In this document: one piece after another, positions 39,456 through 49,656 of the stretch
Layout: each line of letters opens with the position of its first letter
How positions within the stretch are numbered: position 1 is the first letter of the stretch
Origin: an uncultured Candidatus Woesearchaeota archaeon
GTDB lineage: Archaea > Nanobdellota > Nanobdellia > Woesearchaeales > UBA10107
Assembly: GCA_963835585.1 (NCBI GenBank)
Contig: CAWIGF010000001.1
Coordinates: 34,184 to 98,183 of the forward strand
Direction of reading: 5' to 3'
DNA length: 64,000 nt
The notes under the pieces: model-generated
What the model was told of the DNA's origin: nothing
Database searches by the model: none
Seen by the model: only the letters and a program-made list of their open reading frames with translations
Program-made: the position numbers and the translations under genes

Positions 39456-39866
39456 ATGAGCACATACTACAAAGGGAAAAACCTAGAACAATACGACAAT
39501 ACAAAAGTTTCATTGAACAAAATAGCATTTGGAACAGGAATAGGCATGCTCATAGGAATTGCATATTTAGGAATAACAAATTCGAACAGATTAACTAACA
39601 AATGGGGAAAACTTCCATACGCCGTTCAGCAGCAGACAATACGCCAGCACGCTAATGCAGAAAGACCAATGCAGACAGGATGCCCTGACTCGATTGATGC
39701 GAACATCATATTAAACAACATAATCATGAAAAATATCAACAATACAAAAGAGGCAAAAAAACAGTGCCTTGAGTATCTAACAAATATTGAGCCATGCGTC
39801 GGGAAGAGCGACATTACGCAAAGCAACATAGATGATATGATAAAAACAGTCAACTCACTCAAATGA
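39456..39866 (+). CDS. membrane-anchored hypothetical protein
   Basis: TM helix followed by KWGKLPYAVQQQTIRQHAN. Confidence 0.65.
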   Translation: MSTYYKGKNLEQYDNTKVSLNKIAFGTGIGMLIGIAYLGITNSNRLTNKWGKLPYAVQQQTIRQHANAERPMQTGCPDSIDANIILNNIIMKNINNTKEAKKQCLEYLTNIEPCVGKSDITQSNIDDMIKTVNSLK

Positions 39867-40093
39867 ACACACATTATCCAGTAGACAATCTCGAAAACAG
39901 ATATTTCATGAAACAGCCGAAACTATCGCCGCTTGAGAAAACAGTTCTTGTGGCAGGCGTATTAATAGGTGGTGTTATTCTTTATGCAGGCATAAAGCAA
40001 TCAGAAAAACTTGTAGATAATTGGAAAAAACTCCCATATTCTGTTCAGCAACAGGCAATTCGCGATCATGCGAACAAAGATTTCAACTATTAG
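39863..40093 (+). CDS. shorter paralog of the upstream gene
   Basis: TM helix followed by NWKKLPYSVQQQAIRDHAN. Confidence 0.6.
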   Translation: MNTHYPVDNLENRYFMKQPKLSPLEKTVLVAGVLIGGVILYAGIKQSEKLVDNWKKLPYSVQQQAIRDHANKDFNY

Positions 40094-40130
40094 ATAATGT
40101 TTATAAACTTCTTTTCTCATTCTTTTTGTT

Positions 40131-40520
40131 ATGATTGTAATTCCTGTCAAGTTCACATCCGTCGTCATACAAAAATATGCAAGAGACAGCATAACAATCA
40201 GGATTAATTTCACTGATGGTTCAAAAGAGAAGTTCATCGACAAGGATCTAAATTCTGATTTTAACACAGAGGAGCTTACTGAACAGATAATAAGCGAAGT
40301 GAGAAAAATCGCGAAAGAAAACAACGCGAAAACAGGAACAAACTTTCTTGACGACATAGTGATGGTGAGATTTGAGCATGACGAGGAAGAACTCCCTGAG
40401 CGACTCAATAATGCGTTAAGGCGAGTAAAAGAAGAGATAAGAAGAACCACTGGCGCAAAGACGTCAACAAACTACCTTCAAAACATCGCAAACATACAGG
40501 GAGCAAAATTCCAGATATAA
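40131..40520 (+). CDS. hypothetical protein
   Basis: 129 aa; TTTATAAA about 25 nt upstream (leaderless-like). Confidence 0.7.
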   Translation: MIVIPVKFTSVVIQKYARDSITIRINFTDGSKEKFIDKDLNSDFNTEELTEQIISEVRKIAKENNAKTGTNFLDDIVMVRFEHDEEELPERLNNALRRVKEEIRRTTGAKTSTNYLQNIANIQGAKFQI

Positions 40521-40524
40521 GAAA

Positions 40525-40692
40525 CTATTCCCTGCTGTCAGAAGTAAACTCATCAAGGAGCTCACCAGCTGTTTTTTGCCGCTCAACGGTTTCACGCTTG
40601 TTGCAGTACGGACAAATCTTTGGAGGCATGCTCTTATTTTCCCCTTTTGGGGTAAAAGAATATCCGCAGTTCGTGCAGTTAAATTTTACCAT
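40525..40692 (-). CDS. small Zn-ribbon protein (55 aa, not in track)
   Basis: MVKFNCTNCGYSF...KICPYCNKRETVERQKTAGELLDEF. Confidence 0.75.
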   Translation of the reverse strand: MVKFNCTNCGYSFTPKGENKSMPPKICPYCNKRETVERQKTAGELLDEFTSDSRE

Positions 40693-40777
40693 GTAAATAC
40701 ATATGTTGTTTTATTTATAAACATTTTGAAAGCAATTTCCCAGTAAATTTATAAAGAAATGAGGAGACAGAGACACC

Positions 40778-42211
40778 ATGAAGATAGACATCAATTCTAA
40801 TAAGGGAGTATTGGTGCTTCCCGTTTATTCTGAGAAGGGAAAACTCTGCTTTTTTGACGACAAAAAGAACAAAGAAGTGAAAGAAAAAGCAAAAAGCGAA
40901 GCAAAGTCATATAATTTTGAAGGAAAGAAGGAAGAACCATTGTTTTTCAAGATTGGGAATGAAAAAATCCTTTTGATTGGATTGAAGGAACGATACGAAG
41001 CAGAGGATTTAAGGCGTTCCTATTCTGTTGTCTGCAGAACTCTCAAGTTAAAGAAGGAAAGCATTGCAACAATTGAAGTTCCTCTTGAAAGCGAGACAGA
41101 AATAAAGGCAATTGTCGAAGGACTTGATCTTACGGATTATAAATTTGACAGATATATCAGGAAAAAAGAGGAAAAGGACGTTGAATTGAGCATTTCTCTT
41201 GATGTAAATAAAAAATTCACAAAAATAATAGAGGAAACACTGCTTGTCGACAGGAACGTCAAATTCGTGCGAGACATCGTCAATGAGAACTCAAACATAA
41301 TAATTCCAGAGAGACTTGCGGAATATGCTTCTGATTTCGCGAAAAAACACAAATTGAACATCAAAATCCTTGATGAAAAACAAATACAGAAAGAAGGATT
41401 GAATTTGCTCTGGGCTGTCGGCCAGGGCTCGCATCATCCGCCACGATTGGTAATTGTCGAGTACAATGGAAATCCACAATCAAAAGAAATTATTGCGCTA
41501 GTCGGAAAGGGCATAACGTTCGATACAGGAGGAACAAACCTCAAGCCGGCTGGTTCCAAGATTGAAGAAATGAAAGAGGATATGGCAGGAGCCGCTGCCT
41601 GCATGGGAGCATTCATGACCGCAGTCGAGTTTGGGATGAAAAAGAATCTGATTTTGGTAATGTCCTGCGCAGAAAACTCAATTTCTGGGCATTCATGCAA
41701 GCCAGGAGACCTCTTTGTCTCATACTCGGGAATTGGAGTTGAGATAGGAAATACGGACGCTGAAGGAAGATTGGTGTTGGCGGATGCAATAGGCTACGTT
41801 CAGAAGAATTACAAGCCAACAAAAATAATCGATTTAGCAACATTGACCGGAGCAATACTCATCGCTCTTGGAAAAACGCTCATTGGATTGTTTGGAAATG
41901 ACGAAAAATTATTAGAACAACTATTCAAGGCAGGAGAAGTTACCGCTGAGCGAACCTGGAAATTACCAATCTATGACGAGCACAGGGATGAGATGAAAAG
42001 TAAATTTGCGGACATAAAAAACAATGGCCCAAGAGAAGGCGGCTCAATAACCGGAGCTGCATTCATCGAAAGGTTTGTAAATGAAGGCATTAAATGGGCA
42101 CACCTTGATATAGCTGGCGCAGTGAGAGGCGAAAAAGACCTGTTTTACGTCCCTGAAGCTGCAACTGGAAAGGGAGTCAGGCTTCTTCTTGAGTTCTTGA
42201 AAAATGATTAA
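40778..42211 (+). CDS. pepA: M17 leucyl aminopeptidase
   Basis: VGKGITFDTGG, MKEDMAG, NTDAEGRL, LATLTGA, WAHLDIAG. Confidence 0.97.
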   Translation: MKIDINSNKGVLVLPVYSEKGKLCFFDDKKNKEVKEKAKSEAKSYNFEGKKEEPLFFKIGNEKILLIGLKERYEAEDLRRSYSVVCRTLKLKKESIATIEVPLESETEIKAIVEGLDLTDYKFDRYIRKKEEKDVELSISLDVNKKFTKIIEETLLVDRNVKFVRDIVNENSNIIIPERLAEYASDFAKKHKLNIKILDEKQIQKEGLNLLWAVGQGSHHPPRLVIVEYNGNPQSKEIIALVGKGITFDTGGTNLKPAGSKIEEMKEDMAGAAACMGAFMTAVEFGMKKNLILVMSCAENSISGHSCKPGDLFVSYSGIGVEIGNTDAEGRLVLADAIGYVQKNYKPTKIIDLATLTGAILIALGKTLIGLFGNDEKLLEQLFKAGEVTAERTWKLPIYDEHRDEMKSKFADIKNNGPREGGSITGAAFIERFVNEGIKWAHLDIAGAVRGEKDLFYVPEAATGKGVRLLLEFLKND

Positions 42212-42923
42212 ACACAAAGAACATCACAGAACAAAAACTGGAGAAAATCTTCGTGATTTCATCCTTGGTGCACAGGATGGCATAGTAAATATTCTCGGCT
42301 TGGTTCTTGGCGTCGCATCTGCGACATTGAGTTCGAAAGTGGTAATAATTTCTGGGCTTGCAGGATTGTTTGCCGAATCCATATCGATGGGAGCTGTCGC
42401 ATTCACTTCATCTACCGCTGGGCGTGATTTCTACAGGCGCGAGATGATAAGAGAGAAGCATGAAATGAAAACAATTCCTCATGCTGAGCGAGATGAGATA
42501 AGGGAGATCTACAGGGAAAAAGGGTTCAAGGGAAAAGAACTTGAAAGTATTGTCTCCACAATAACATCAAACAAGAAAGTGTGGTTGAACACAATGATGA
42601 CAGAGGAACTAGGATTGTCCAAGAAAACTTATGAAAATCCCGTATCAAGTTCGTTGTTCGTTTTGCTGGCAACATTGATTGGATCGGCAATACCTCTCAT
42701 CGCATTCTTTTTACTGCCTGTAAAACAAGCAATACTTACATCGGTTGTGATAAGCGCGATTGCTTTGTTCGCAATGGGTGCAGTAAAAGCCAAGATAACT
42801 ATAGGCGACTGGAGAAAGACAGGAGTTCAACTGCTGATCATAGGATTGACTTCAGCAGTCCTGGGTTTCGTATTCGGTTTGCTGATCGGACATCTATTTG
42901 GAGCTTCACCAATCATCGGTTGA
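42204..42923 (+). CDS. VIT1/CCC1 family Fe/Mn transporter
   Basis: LRDFILGAQDGIV...ESISMG; MMTEELG. Confidence 0.93.
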   Translation: MIKHKEHHRTKTGENLRDFILGAQDGIVNILGLVLGVASATLSSKVVIISGLAGLFAESISMGAVAFTSSTAGRDFYRREMIREKHEMKTIPHAERDEIREIYREKGFKGKELESIVSTITSNKKVWLNTMMTEELGLSKKTYENPVSSSLFVLLATLIGSAIPLIAFFLLPVKQAILTSVVISAIALFAMGAVKAKITIGDWRKTGVQLLIIGLTSAVLGFVFGLLIGHLFGASPIIG

Positions 42924-43536
42924 CGTTTTCTTCAAATGAACTAGCAAAAATAGGCGTCAAGACATAAAGAATCACATTATAGATTATCCATAAAGATTTT
43001 GTGAGCGTGAAATATCCCTTGAATCTTAGAATTGTCTCGGCAACCTCGTGTTTTTTTGCATGGAATACACAAGGATATGTTTTGCATTCTGGAATAATCA
43101 ACGAAAGCGCCTTCATGACCCTTGGCATATGCCAGTACTCGGCAACAACAAGTATTGAAGATATTTTGTACTGCCTTATTATTTTTCTAAGCTCAAATAT
43201 CTCCGTATAAGTATCAGTTGCGCCAAATGAACCAGGAATGCAATGAAGAATTTTTGAGCGTGGAATTTTAGAAGCATCTGTTATTTTAAATTTCAATTCC
43301 ATCTCCTTCTTCCACAATCCTTTGAATGCTTCAGAGAATACAATAAATGATCCTTGCTTTTTCTTGAACCTGGAAACTGCAACATCAACTCCTTGTTTTC
43401 CAAAAATTGTCAATCTTGACCTATCTTTCGACAATGCAAGGGAAGGAACATAGATTGCATCAACCTTATTCGAAGAAGGACGTGCATATTTTCTAGGAAT
43501 AAAATCAAACAAAAAAGAAAAGAAATCAGAAAGCAT
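42913..43536 (-). CDS. YdcF/DUF218-like protein
   Basis: ATDTYTE...ILVVAEYWHMPRV. Confidence 0.7.
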   Translation of the reverse strand: MLSDFFSFLFDFIPRKYARPSSNKVDAIYVPSLALSKDRSRLTIFGKQGVDVAVSRFKKKQGSFIVFSEAFKGLWKKEMELKFKITDASKIPRSKILHCIPGSFGATDTYTEIFELRKIIRQYKISSILVVAEYWHMPRVMKALSLIIPECKTYPCVFHAKKHEVAETILRFKGYFTLTKSLWIIYNVILYVLTPIFASSFEENVNR

Positions 43537-43540
43537 ATTC

Positions 43541-44122
43541 TCAGTAATATCTTCGCTTTCTGTTTGCCATCTTGCTTGGTCGCATTTTTTCAGCTCCCTT
43601 GCCCTTGTTCAACAAACCTCTGCTTCTTTTTGCAGATGAAGTAAGTCCTCTGAATGGTCTTCCACGGTGAACGTCTTTTGTTATCCATGACAGACGAGGA
43701 TCTGACTTGATCGCAGGATGAGAAACATCTACCATGATGACTTCATACCATAAATAATGTCCATCTTTCGCAACTTCATATGAATTCAAGACCTCGCAGT
43801 TTGGATAGTTCTGAAGTGCTCGCTGTTCGGCGATTGTCTGATAGTTGAGAACCAATGATTTTCGTGTCGTCCATTTTTTCGAACGTCGTCCTGCGGAAGG
43901 AAGTGGCTTTCTATGTCCGCCTCGCTGCACTCTTTGACGTACGACAAATATTCCTTGCTTTGCTCTATATCCCAAAGAACGCGCTCTGTCAATTCGTGTC
44001 GGCCTATCCAGCTTGACTGTTGCCGGCTCGCTTCTCCATTGTATTTTTCTTGCCTTCATCAAATCAGGCATTGAGTCTGTGGGTTGTGTCCAGAGATCTC
44101 TAACGTATTTGTACATTGACAT
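43541..44122 (-). CDS. rpl15e: 50S ribosomal protein L15e
   Basis: MYKYVRDLW, RPTRIDRARSLGYRAKQG, GRPFRGLTS. Confidence 0.97.
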   Translation of the reverse strand: MSMYKYVRDLWTQPTDSMPDLMKARKIQWRSEPATVKLDRPTRIDRARSLGYRAKQGIFVVRQRVQRGGHRKPLPSAGRRSKKWTTRKSLVLNYQTIAEQRALQNYPNCEVLNSYEVAKDGHYLWYEVIMVDVSHPAIKSDPRLSWITKDVHRGRPFRGLTSSAKRSRGLLNKGKGAEKMRPSKMANRKRRYY

Positions 44123-44308
44123 TGTGTGCCTCCATTGTTTTCATTCCCTCCTAAGATTCAAGGAAGCAAATCCTCACATCTCTTGGGAGTATACAATACA
44201 TAGCGGGAATATGGCCTGTTTATAAATATTGCCTTTAATGACTGCCTAGTAGTTGTAAATCTATTTATAAAAAACCTCTCCGATACTCTCAGGGGGTAAT
44301 AAAAAGAG

Positions 44309-45163
44309 ATGGACAGGGAATTCCTTATTGGCGTCGAGGTTACAAGCAAGACTATTACCGCAGGCCTTGTTGATCTAAGCGGGAAGATAGTCAAAAAAAT
44401 CTCACTCCAGACGGAACTTTCAAAAGGGAAGAAAAGAGTCATAGATAACATATCATCCGCCATCAACAAAATAAAAAAGAACAAGATTCTCGGCGTCGGC
44501 GTCTCATTGCCAGGTGTCGTAAACAGAGAAAAAGGCATGGTAATAGATTCTCCGTTCCCGGGTTGGAGCGGATTGACTTTGAAGAAACTGCTTGAAGATC
44601 AAGTTCATACACCTGTTTTCATTGAAAATGAAGGTAGGTGTTTTGCGTTGGCCGAGTACAAATGCGGTACGTTCAAGCGGACAGAAAATGCAATTGGTGT
44701 CTTATTCAACGAGTCAATAAGTTCTGGTCTGATCATTGACGGTAAGCTGACAAAAGGTTCCGCATGTGCAGCAGGATGCCTCAGTCATTCCATTGTTGAT
44801 AACAAGAAAGGAAAGCTCGAGGACGTTGCTTCGCCAAGCTCCATTGAACGATTATTCAAGGAGAAGACAAAAAAGGCAAAACAAATTTCTGAGATTGTAA
44901 CAATGGATAAGGATAAGAACGCAAGGGAAATCCTTTCGGCTGCCGGGACGCAATTTGGAGCAACCATGGCCCATCTTGTCAATGCGTTGAATCCTGAATT
45001 GATTATTGTCGGCGGAGTCTTGGCACGATCCGAGACATTCATGGAAGCCACGCAGCGTGCTGTGCTCAGCAAATCGAACGAAATTTGCGGAAAGCGCGTC
45101 AAGCTCATCGGATCAAAATTAAATGACTCGGCAATACTTGGTGCCGCAAGCATCGTCACCTGA
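44309..45163 (+). CDS. ROK family protein (degenerate sugar kinase/regulator)
   Basis: GVGVSLPGVV, PVFIENE, NPELIIVGG, AILGAA; several canonical residues substituted. Confidence 0.85.
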   Translation: MDREFLIGVEVTSKTITAGLVDLSGKIVKKISLQTELSKGKKRVIDNISSAINKIKKNKILGVGVSLPGVVNREKGMVIDSPFPGWSGLTLKKLLEDQVHTPVFIENEGRCFALAEYKCGTFKRTENAIGVLFNESISSGLIIDGKLTKGSACAAGCLSHSIVDNKKGKLEDVASPSSIERLFKEKTKKAKQISEIVTMDKDKNAREILSAAGTQFGATMAHLVNALNPELIIVGGVLARSETFMEATQRAVLSKSNEICGKRVKLIGSKLNDSAILGAASIVT

Positions 45164-45571
45164 TTAGAATAATTTCTGAACTGTATTCCTTGTTTCTTTC
45201 ATGACATCTGATGGTAATTTCTTTCGCTTCCACTCATCCAAGCCATCCCCCTTGAATCGAGGAATCACATGAGCATGCGAATGCATCACGAACTGCCCGG
45301 CTGCCGCCTTGTTGTTGATTCCAATGTTAATCCCGTCCGCATTTACTGCCTTTTGCACAACCGATGATGTTTTTTTTATCAATGACATCATATCGCGGGC
45401 AAGCTCATCAGGAATGTCAAAAATATCGCTGTAATGTTTTTTTGGAACAACAAGACAATGCCCCCTGTTAACGGGATTCAAATCCAGAAAGACTATAAAA
45501 TTTGATGTTTCATGAACGAGGTCCGCAGGAATTTCCTTGTTAATTATCTTGCAGAATATGCAGTCGACCAT
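45164..45571 (-). CDS. HIT family hydrolase
   Basis: CIFCKI, GHCLVVPKKH, HSHAHVIPR. Confidence 0.93.
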   Translation of the reverse strand: MVDCIFCKIINKEIPADLVHETSNFIVFLDLNPVNRGHCLVVPKKHYSDIFDIPDELARDMMSLIKKTSSVVQKAVNADGINIGINNKAAAGQFVMHSHAHVIPRFKGDGLDEWKRKKLPSDVMKETRNTVQKLF

Positions 45572-45644
45572 GCAATAAAGCAAGGATAAATTATATATAA
45601 GCATTTCCATCAAATTTATATAATCAGTTCTTCGAACTAGAAAC

Positions 45645-47351
45645 ATGGACAAAATCAAAAAAGACATACGAAAATTTGCCTTATTGAACGGCTCGAAATT
45701 TGATTATGTCAATCCAGGTTCTGTTATTTCTGCGTTGATTGCCGAGCATCCAAGCATAAAGAAGAACATGAAAGAAGTCCAGACAATGATGAAGCCCATC
45801 ATTAATGAAATCAACAAGATGAGCAAGGATGAACGCCTGCAAGAATTGAAAGATGTCGCTCCTGAACTGCTGGAAGAAAAGAAAGTCGAGAAGAGAGAAG
45901 GATTGAAGGATTTGCCGAACGTCAAGAGGGCAGTTGTGGTGAGAATTGCACCGTCTCCATCGGGGCCGCTGCACATAGGACATAGCTACATAACTGGACT
46001 CAATTACCAATACAAACAGCAATACAAGGGAAAATTAATCTTGAGAATTGAAGATACGAATGCGGACAACATTGATCCTGATGCATATTCAATGATACCT
46101 GAGGATGCAAACTGGCTTACTGAAAATGGGATTGACTCAATCATCATCCAATCAGACAGAATGGATTTGTACTACGGATATATACTGCGACTTATCGAGG
46201 AGAATCACGCATATGTATGCACATGCGAAACAGAAGTGTTCAAGGAAAAACTCAGCAAGAGTACACCTTGCATGTGTAGAAATCTTTCTGTGGATGAACA
46301 ACTTAAAAGATGGGGTAAAATGCTGTGTGGTTACGATGAGGGAGAAGCGGTACTAAGATTCAAATCTGACATTCATCATAAAAATCCTGCAATGAGGGAT
46401 TTTCCGTTGGCACGCATAAATCTCTCCGAACATCCAAGAAAAGGAGAAGAGTACAGAGTATGGCCTTTGATGAATCTTGCAGTCGCAATTGATGATATGG
46501 AAATGGGAGTGACGCATGCAATACGCGGAAAAGATCATGCAGACAACGCGCTGCGCCAGGAAATGATTCACAAAGTGCTCAAAGTAGATACTCCTGAATC
46601 AGTTTCAGTTGGGAGAATAAATTTTGAAGGATTCGATTTGAGCACGACACAAACCAAATTGAAAATCAAGGAAGGAGAATATGACGGATGGGACGACATA
46701 AGATTGCCTTTCCTGCAGTCATTCAAACGAAGAGGATATCAGCCAGGAGCATTAAGGAAGTTCGCTGTTTCGTTGGGAGTAACACAGACAGACAAGACTG
46801 TATCCCAGGAAGAATTCATGAAATCGTTGAATTATTTCAACAAAGAAATAATCGATCCTGTTGCAAACAGGTATTTCTGTGTGAGAAATCCTGTCGTGAT
46901 CACGATCAAAAACGCGCCGGAACTAGAAATCGAGCAGGATTTGCACCCCGACAACAAGAAAGGCGGGAGAAAATTCAAGACTAACCAGAATTTCTATATC
47001 GAGAAGGATGATTATGATCAATTGCAGAACGGACAGCTCGTCAGATTGATGGGTTGTTTGAACTTCAGGGTAATCAAGAAAACCCCAAAGGAAAATATGT
47101 TTGAATTTGATTCAAAAGAATATGGAATATTCAGGGATGATGCAAGCAAGGACAAGAAACAAATTCACTGGCTGCCACAGGATCAGAGCCAACTTACAAA
47201 AATAAAGATAAAATTAGAAGACAATACTGATGTTGATTGTTTCGCGGAGAAGGGAGTTGAGAACGTTAAAGTAAATAATGTTGTTCAATTCGAACGGTTT
47301 GGTTTCTGCAGGTGCGATTCAAAGAATAGTTTCTGGTACGGGCACAGATGA
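45645..47351 (+). CDS. gltX: glutamate--tRNA ligase
   Basis: APSPSGPLHIGH, LRIEDTN, THAIRGKDH, QFERFGF. Confidence 0.97.
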   Translation: MDKIKKDIRKFALLNGSKFDYVNPGSVISALIAEHPSIKKNMKEVQTMMKPIINEINKMSKDERLQELKDVAPELLEEKKVEKREGLKDLPNVKRAVVVRIAPSPSGPLHIGHSYITGLNYQYKQQYKGKLILRIEDTNADNIDPDAYSMIPEDANWLTENGIDSIIIQSDRMDLYYGYILRLIEENHAYVCTCETEVFKEKLSKSTPCMCRNLSVDEQLKRWGKMLCGYDEGEAVLRFKSDIHHKNPAMRDFPLARINLSEHPRKGEEYRVWPLMNLAVAIDDMEMGVTHAIRGKDHADNALRQEMIHKVLKVDTPESVSVGRINFEGFDLSTTQTKLKIKEGEYDGWDDIRLPFLQSFKRRGYQPGALRKFAVSLGVTQTDKTVSQEEFMKSLNYFNKEIIDPVANRYFCVRNPVVITIKNAPELEIEQDLHPDNKKGGRKFKTNQNFYIEKDDYDQLQNGQLVRLMGCLNFRVIKKTPKENMFEFDSKEYGIFRDDASKDKKQIHWLPQDQSQLTKIKIKLEDNTDVDCFAEKGVENVKVNNVVQFERFGFCRCDSKNSFWYGHR

Positions 47352-47354
47352 AGA

Positions 47355-47398
47355 ATAACAAATTATGAAGAGTATTATAACAAATTATGAAGAGTATT
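47355..47398. repeat. 22-bp perfect tandem duplication
   Basis: ATAACAAATTATGAAGAGTATT x2. Confidence 0.9.
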
Positions 47399-47806
47399 GC
47401 CTGTCAGGTTGTCGAGTATAATTCGGCTGATTACATCTAAGATATATCTCGTTTAAATGCTGAGTATCTACAGGTCGCGTTTCATTTGAATCAGGTATTC
47501 TTTTATAATTCGAAGAAGAAGAGAATAAATGAAATAATCCCGAAAGCGTGTCTGACAGAACAGGCTTCTTTCCTAACCGAGCAGTCAAGTCCATAACTTC
47601 ACCTTTGTTCGCCTTGGGTAAGGCTAATACTGATTTAATTATCAAATCTATATAAATATTCTGATTCCTCACCACCAACAAGGGACAATATTATTCATTT
47701 TATAAATATCCTCGAAACATTTTTAAACAGAAATGGCCTAAATAAGCGTTATAGGCGTTTAAAACGCATAATAAGCGTTTTTGACAAAAAATGAGAGGTG
47801 CTAAAA

Positions 47807-47977
47807 ATGGGAGATAGTTTGGTTGTAAAGGCAAAGATCAAAGACGAGGCCAAGGGATTTAATGTTTCTGGAGATTTCGCTGATGCTTTGAGTGAAAAAG
47901 TGAGCAAAGTTATCAAAAAGGCCTGCGAACGAGCCGAAGCAAACAGCAGAAAAACAGTTATGGCAAAAGATCTGTAA
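47807..47977 (+). CDS. short histone-fold protein (DUF1931-like, 56 aa, not in track)
   Basis: LVVKAKIKD...NVSGDFADAL...ACERAEANSRKTVMAKDL with RKTVxxxD motif; GAGGTG SD. Confidence 0.88.
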   Translation: MGDSLVVKAKIKDEAKGFNVSGDFADALSEKVSKVIKKACERAEANSRKTVMAKDL

Positions 47978-47989
47978 AAGATCTTTTAC

Positions 47990-48517
47990 TTATTTTTTTA
48001 ATTCTCTTAGCTTTTCCTTTGACGCAGAAATTCTCTCCTTGATTCTTTCCAATAGTGATTCAGGATATGAAGGATTATCTTTCAGTTCATAGTATTTTGC
48101 CTCAAGTGCGTATAATTTGTCTTCCATTTCCTCAACCAAGGATGGCTTTATTTCCTCATTGAGTTGTTCTTTCAATGATTCTTCGTTTACTTTCTTCCCA
48201 ACCTTTTCCAATAACTCGTTTAATTTCTGTATTTTCAAATCGAGCTCTTCCTCTTTTTTCTTCAATTGTGCATGTGATTCATACTCTTTTTTAGATATTC
48301 TAGAAACGCCCAGTTTCTTGTCAAGCATAATTGATATGTGTTTCTCCAATTTTTCTAATTCTGCGGAAATTACTGATTTTTTCGGAGATTGCGCAGCAAC
48401 AATCCTTATCTTCTGCAAATAACCACGCAATTTATCCCGAGAAATTTGCTGCTCGTTGACTTTTTTGGCAGCAAGAGAAAGATTGTAAAAAAGTTTTTTC
48501 ATTCCAGGATGCATCAA
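47990..48517 (-). CDS. coiled-coil hypothetical protein
   Basis: Lys/Glu heptad-rich 175 aa. Confidence 0.7.
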   Translation of the reverse strand: MMHPGMKKLFYNLSLAAKKVNEQQISRDKLRGYLQKIRIVAAQSPKKSVISAELEKLEKHISIMLDKKLGVSRISKKEYESHAQLKKKEEELDLKIQKLNELLEKVGKKVNEESLKEQLNEEIKPSLVEEMEDKLYALEAKYYELKDNPSYPESLLERIKERISASKEKLRELKK

Positions 48518-48529
48518 TTACCTCGGTAA

Positions 48530-49105
48530 TTACTTAATCAACCCACCAAACATCCCTTTCTTTTCATCTCTTTTGGGAGGCATTGGTGGTGCTGGTGGCA
48601 TCGGCATGCTCATACCTTGTGAAGGTGATTGTGGAGGCATTCCCCCTAGTGGTGGAAGACGTGGAGAAGTGGGTGTATTTTGTTGTTGCGGAGCGGCCAT
48701 TGCTGGACGTTGCATCGGTTGCTGTTGCGGTCTCATCTGAGGAGGTTGCTGCGGTCTTGGTCTCTGCTGTTGCTGTTCTTTTGCGGAAACCATATCGGCA
48801 ACCGCCAAAATTCCTTTAGCTATCTTTTGGTTTTGATCCGAAAGATCATCAAGCCTTTGCTCTATCGGCTGTATTCGCTTGGCAATGACGTCCGACTCCC
48901 GTTCCTCTGCTTTCATTTGATCAGAAGCCTCTTTGAATATTTCAATTAGCGTCTCCATGTTATCATTCAGTTTATCTATGCTTTCCTGGAGAGACTTTCC
49001 GGATTTGGTTCCACCAAGAGGATTTTTCTTTAAGTAATCAACATCCTGTTTGAGCTCAGAAACTTCCTTCGAACTAAGGAGAGTATATTCGTCATCAGCC
49101 ATCAA
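48530..49105 (-). CDS. coiled-coil protein with Gln/Pro-rich tail
   Basis: QNQKIAKGILAVAD followed by a Q/P low-complexity region; ends KKGMFGGLIK. Confidence 0.75.
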   Translation of the reverse strand: MMADDEYTLLSSKEVSELKQDVDYLKKNPLGGTKSGKSLQESIDKLNDNMETLIEIFKEASDQMKAEERESDVIAKRIQPIEQRLDDLSDQNQKIAKGILAVADMVSAKEQQQQRPRPQQPPQMRPQQQPMQRPAMAAPQQQNTPTSPRLPPLGGMPPQSPSQGMSMPMPPAPPMPPKRDEKKGMFGGLIK

Positions 49106-49188
49106 TCCACCTCTTTGTTAGAGTGAATTTAGGCTTGATTTCTTTATAAAGTTTGCGCAGAAAAGCCCTTAAACCGCGTTAAAACAAG

Positions 49189-49656
49189 TTATTGGGAAGA
49201 GGACCCATTTTCTTCGATTAGCCTATTCTTGTTATTTTCAGAAGGAATCACTTCAGAAATTTTGCAAGTCGCGAATCCCTTTGTTTTTTCATCATTTTGC
49301 AATACAAATGAACCGTTATAGGCAAAAGAACTGCCATTTTCTGTTTGATGCGTCTCGATTGGATCACCAAAATTGTAATCAACTCGGCCATGTGGAGACA
49401 TTACAAGAAATTCCAAACTTTCGTCAGAAAGATTTCCCAATAGGACCAAATCTGAATCACAAGAATGGCATGAAGCCTTTCCTTTGCATGCAACTGTACC
49501 CTGTATTCTTTTATTGTTGAATAGTTTGTAAAAATTTCCGGAATAAGCCATCCGTATCCCATGTGAATTTGACTCAACTTCAATTTTATATTCTGTTCTT
49601 GATGGTTGTCTGTGACATGAACCTGAACTGTAACACACTTTAATTCCCCATATCAT
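49189..49656 (-). CDS. hypothetical protein
   Basis: 155-aa ORF overlapping the thermosome end; CHSC. Confidence 0.4.
   Translation of the reverse strand: MIWGIKVCYSSGSCHRQPSRTEYKIEVESNSHGIRMAYSGNFYKLFNNKRIQGTVACKGKASCHSCDSDLVLLGNLSDESLEFLVMSPHGRVDYNFGDPIETHQTENGSSFAYNGSFVLQNDEKTKGFATCKISEVIPSENNKNRLIEENGSSSQ

Noticed and set aside
47355..47681. 22-bp tandem duplication as an att site, and the overlapping 98-aa ORF
   Set aside because: No element lies between the copies, so slippage or an assembly artefact is equally likely; the ORF has no recognisable features
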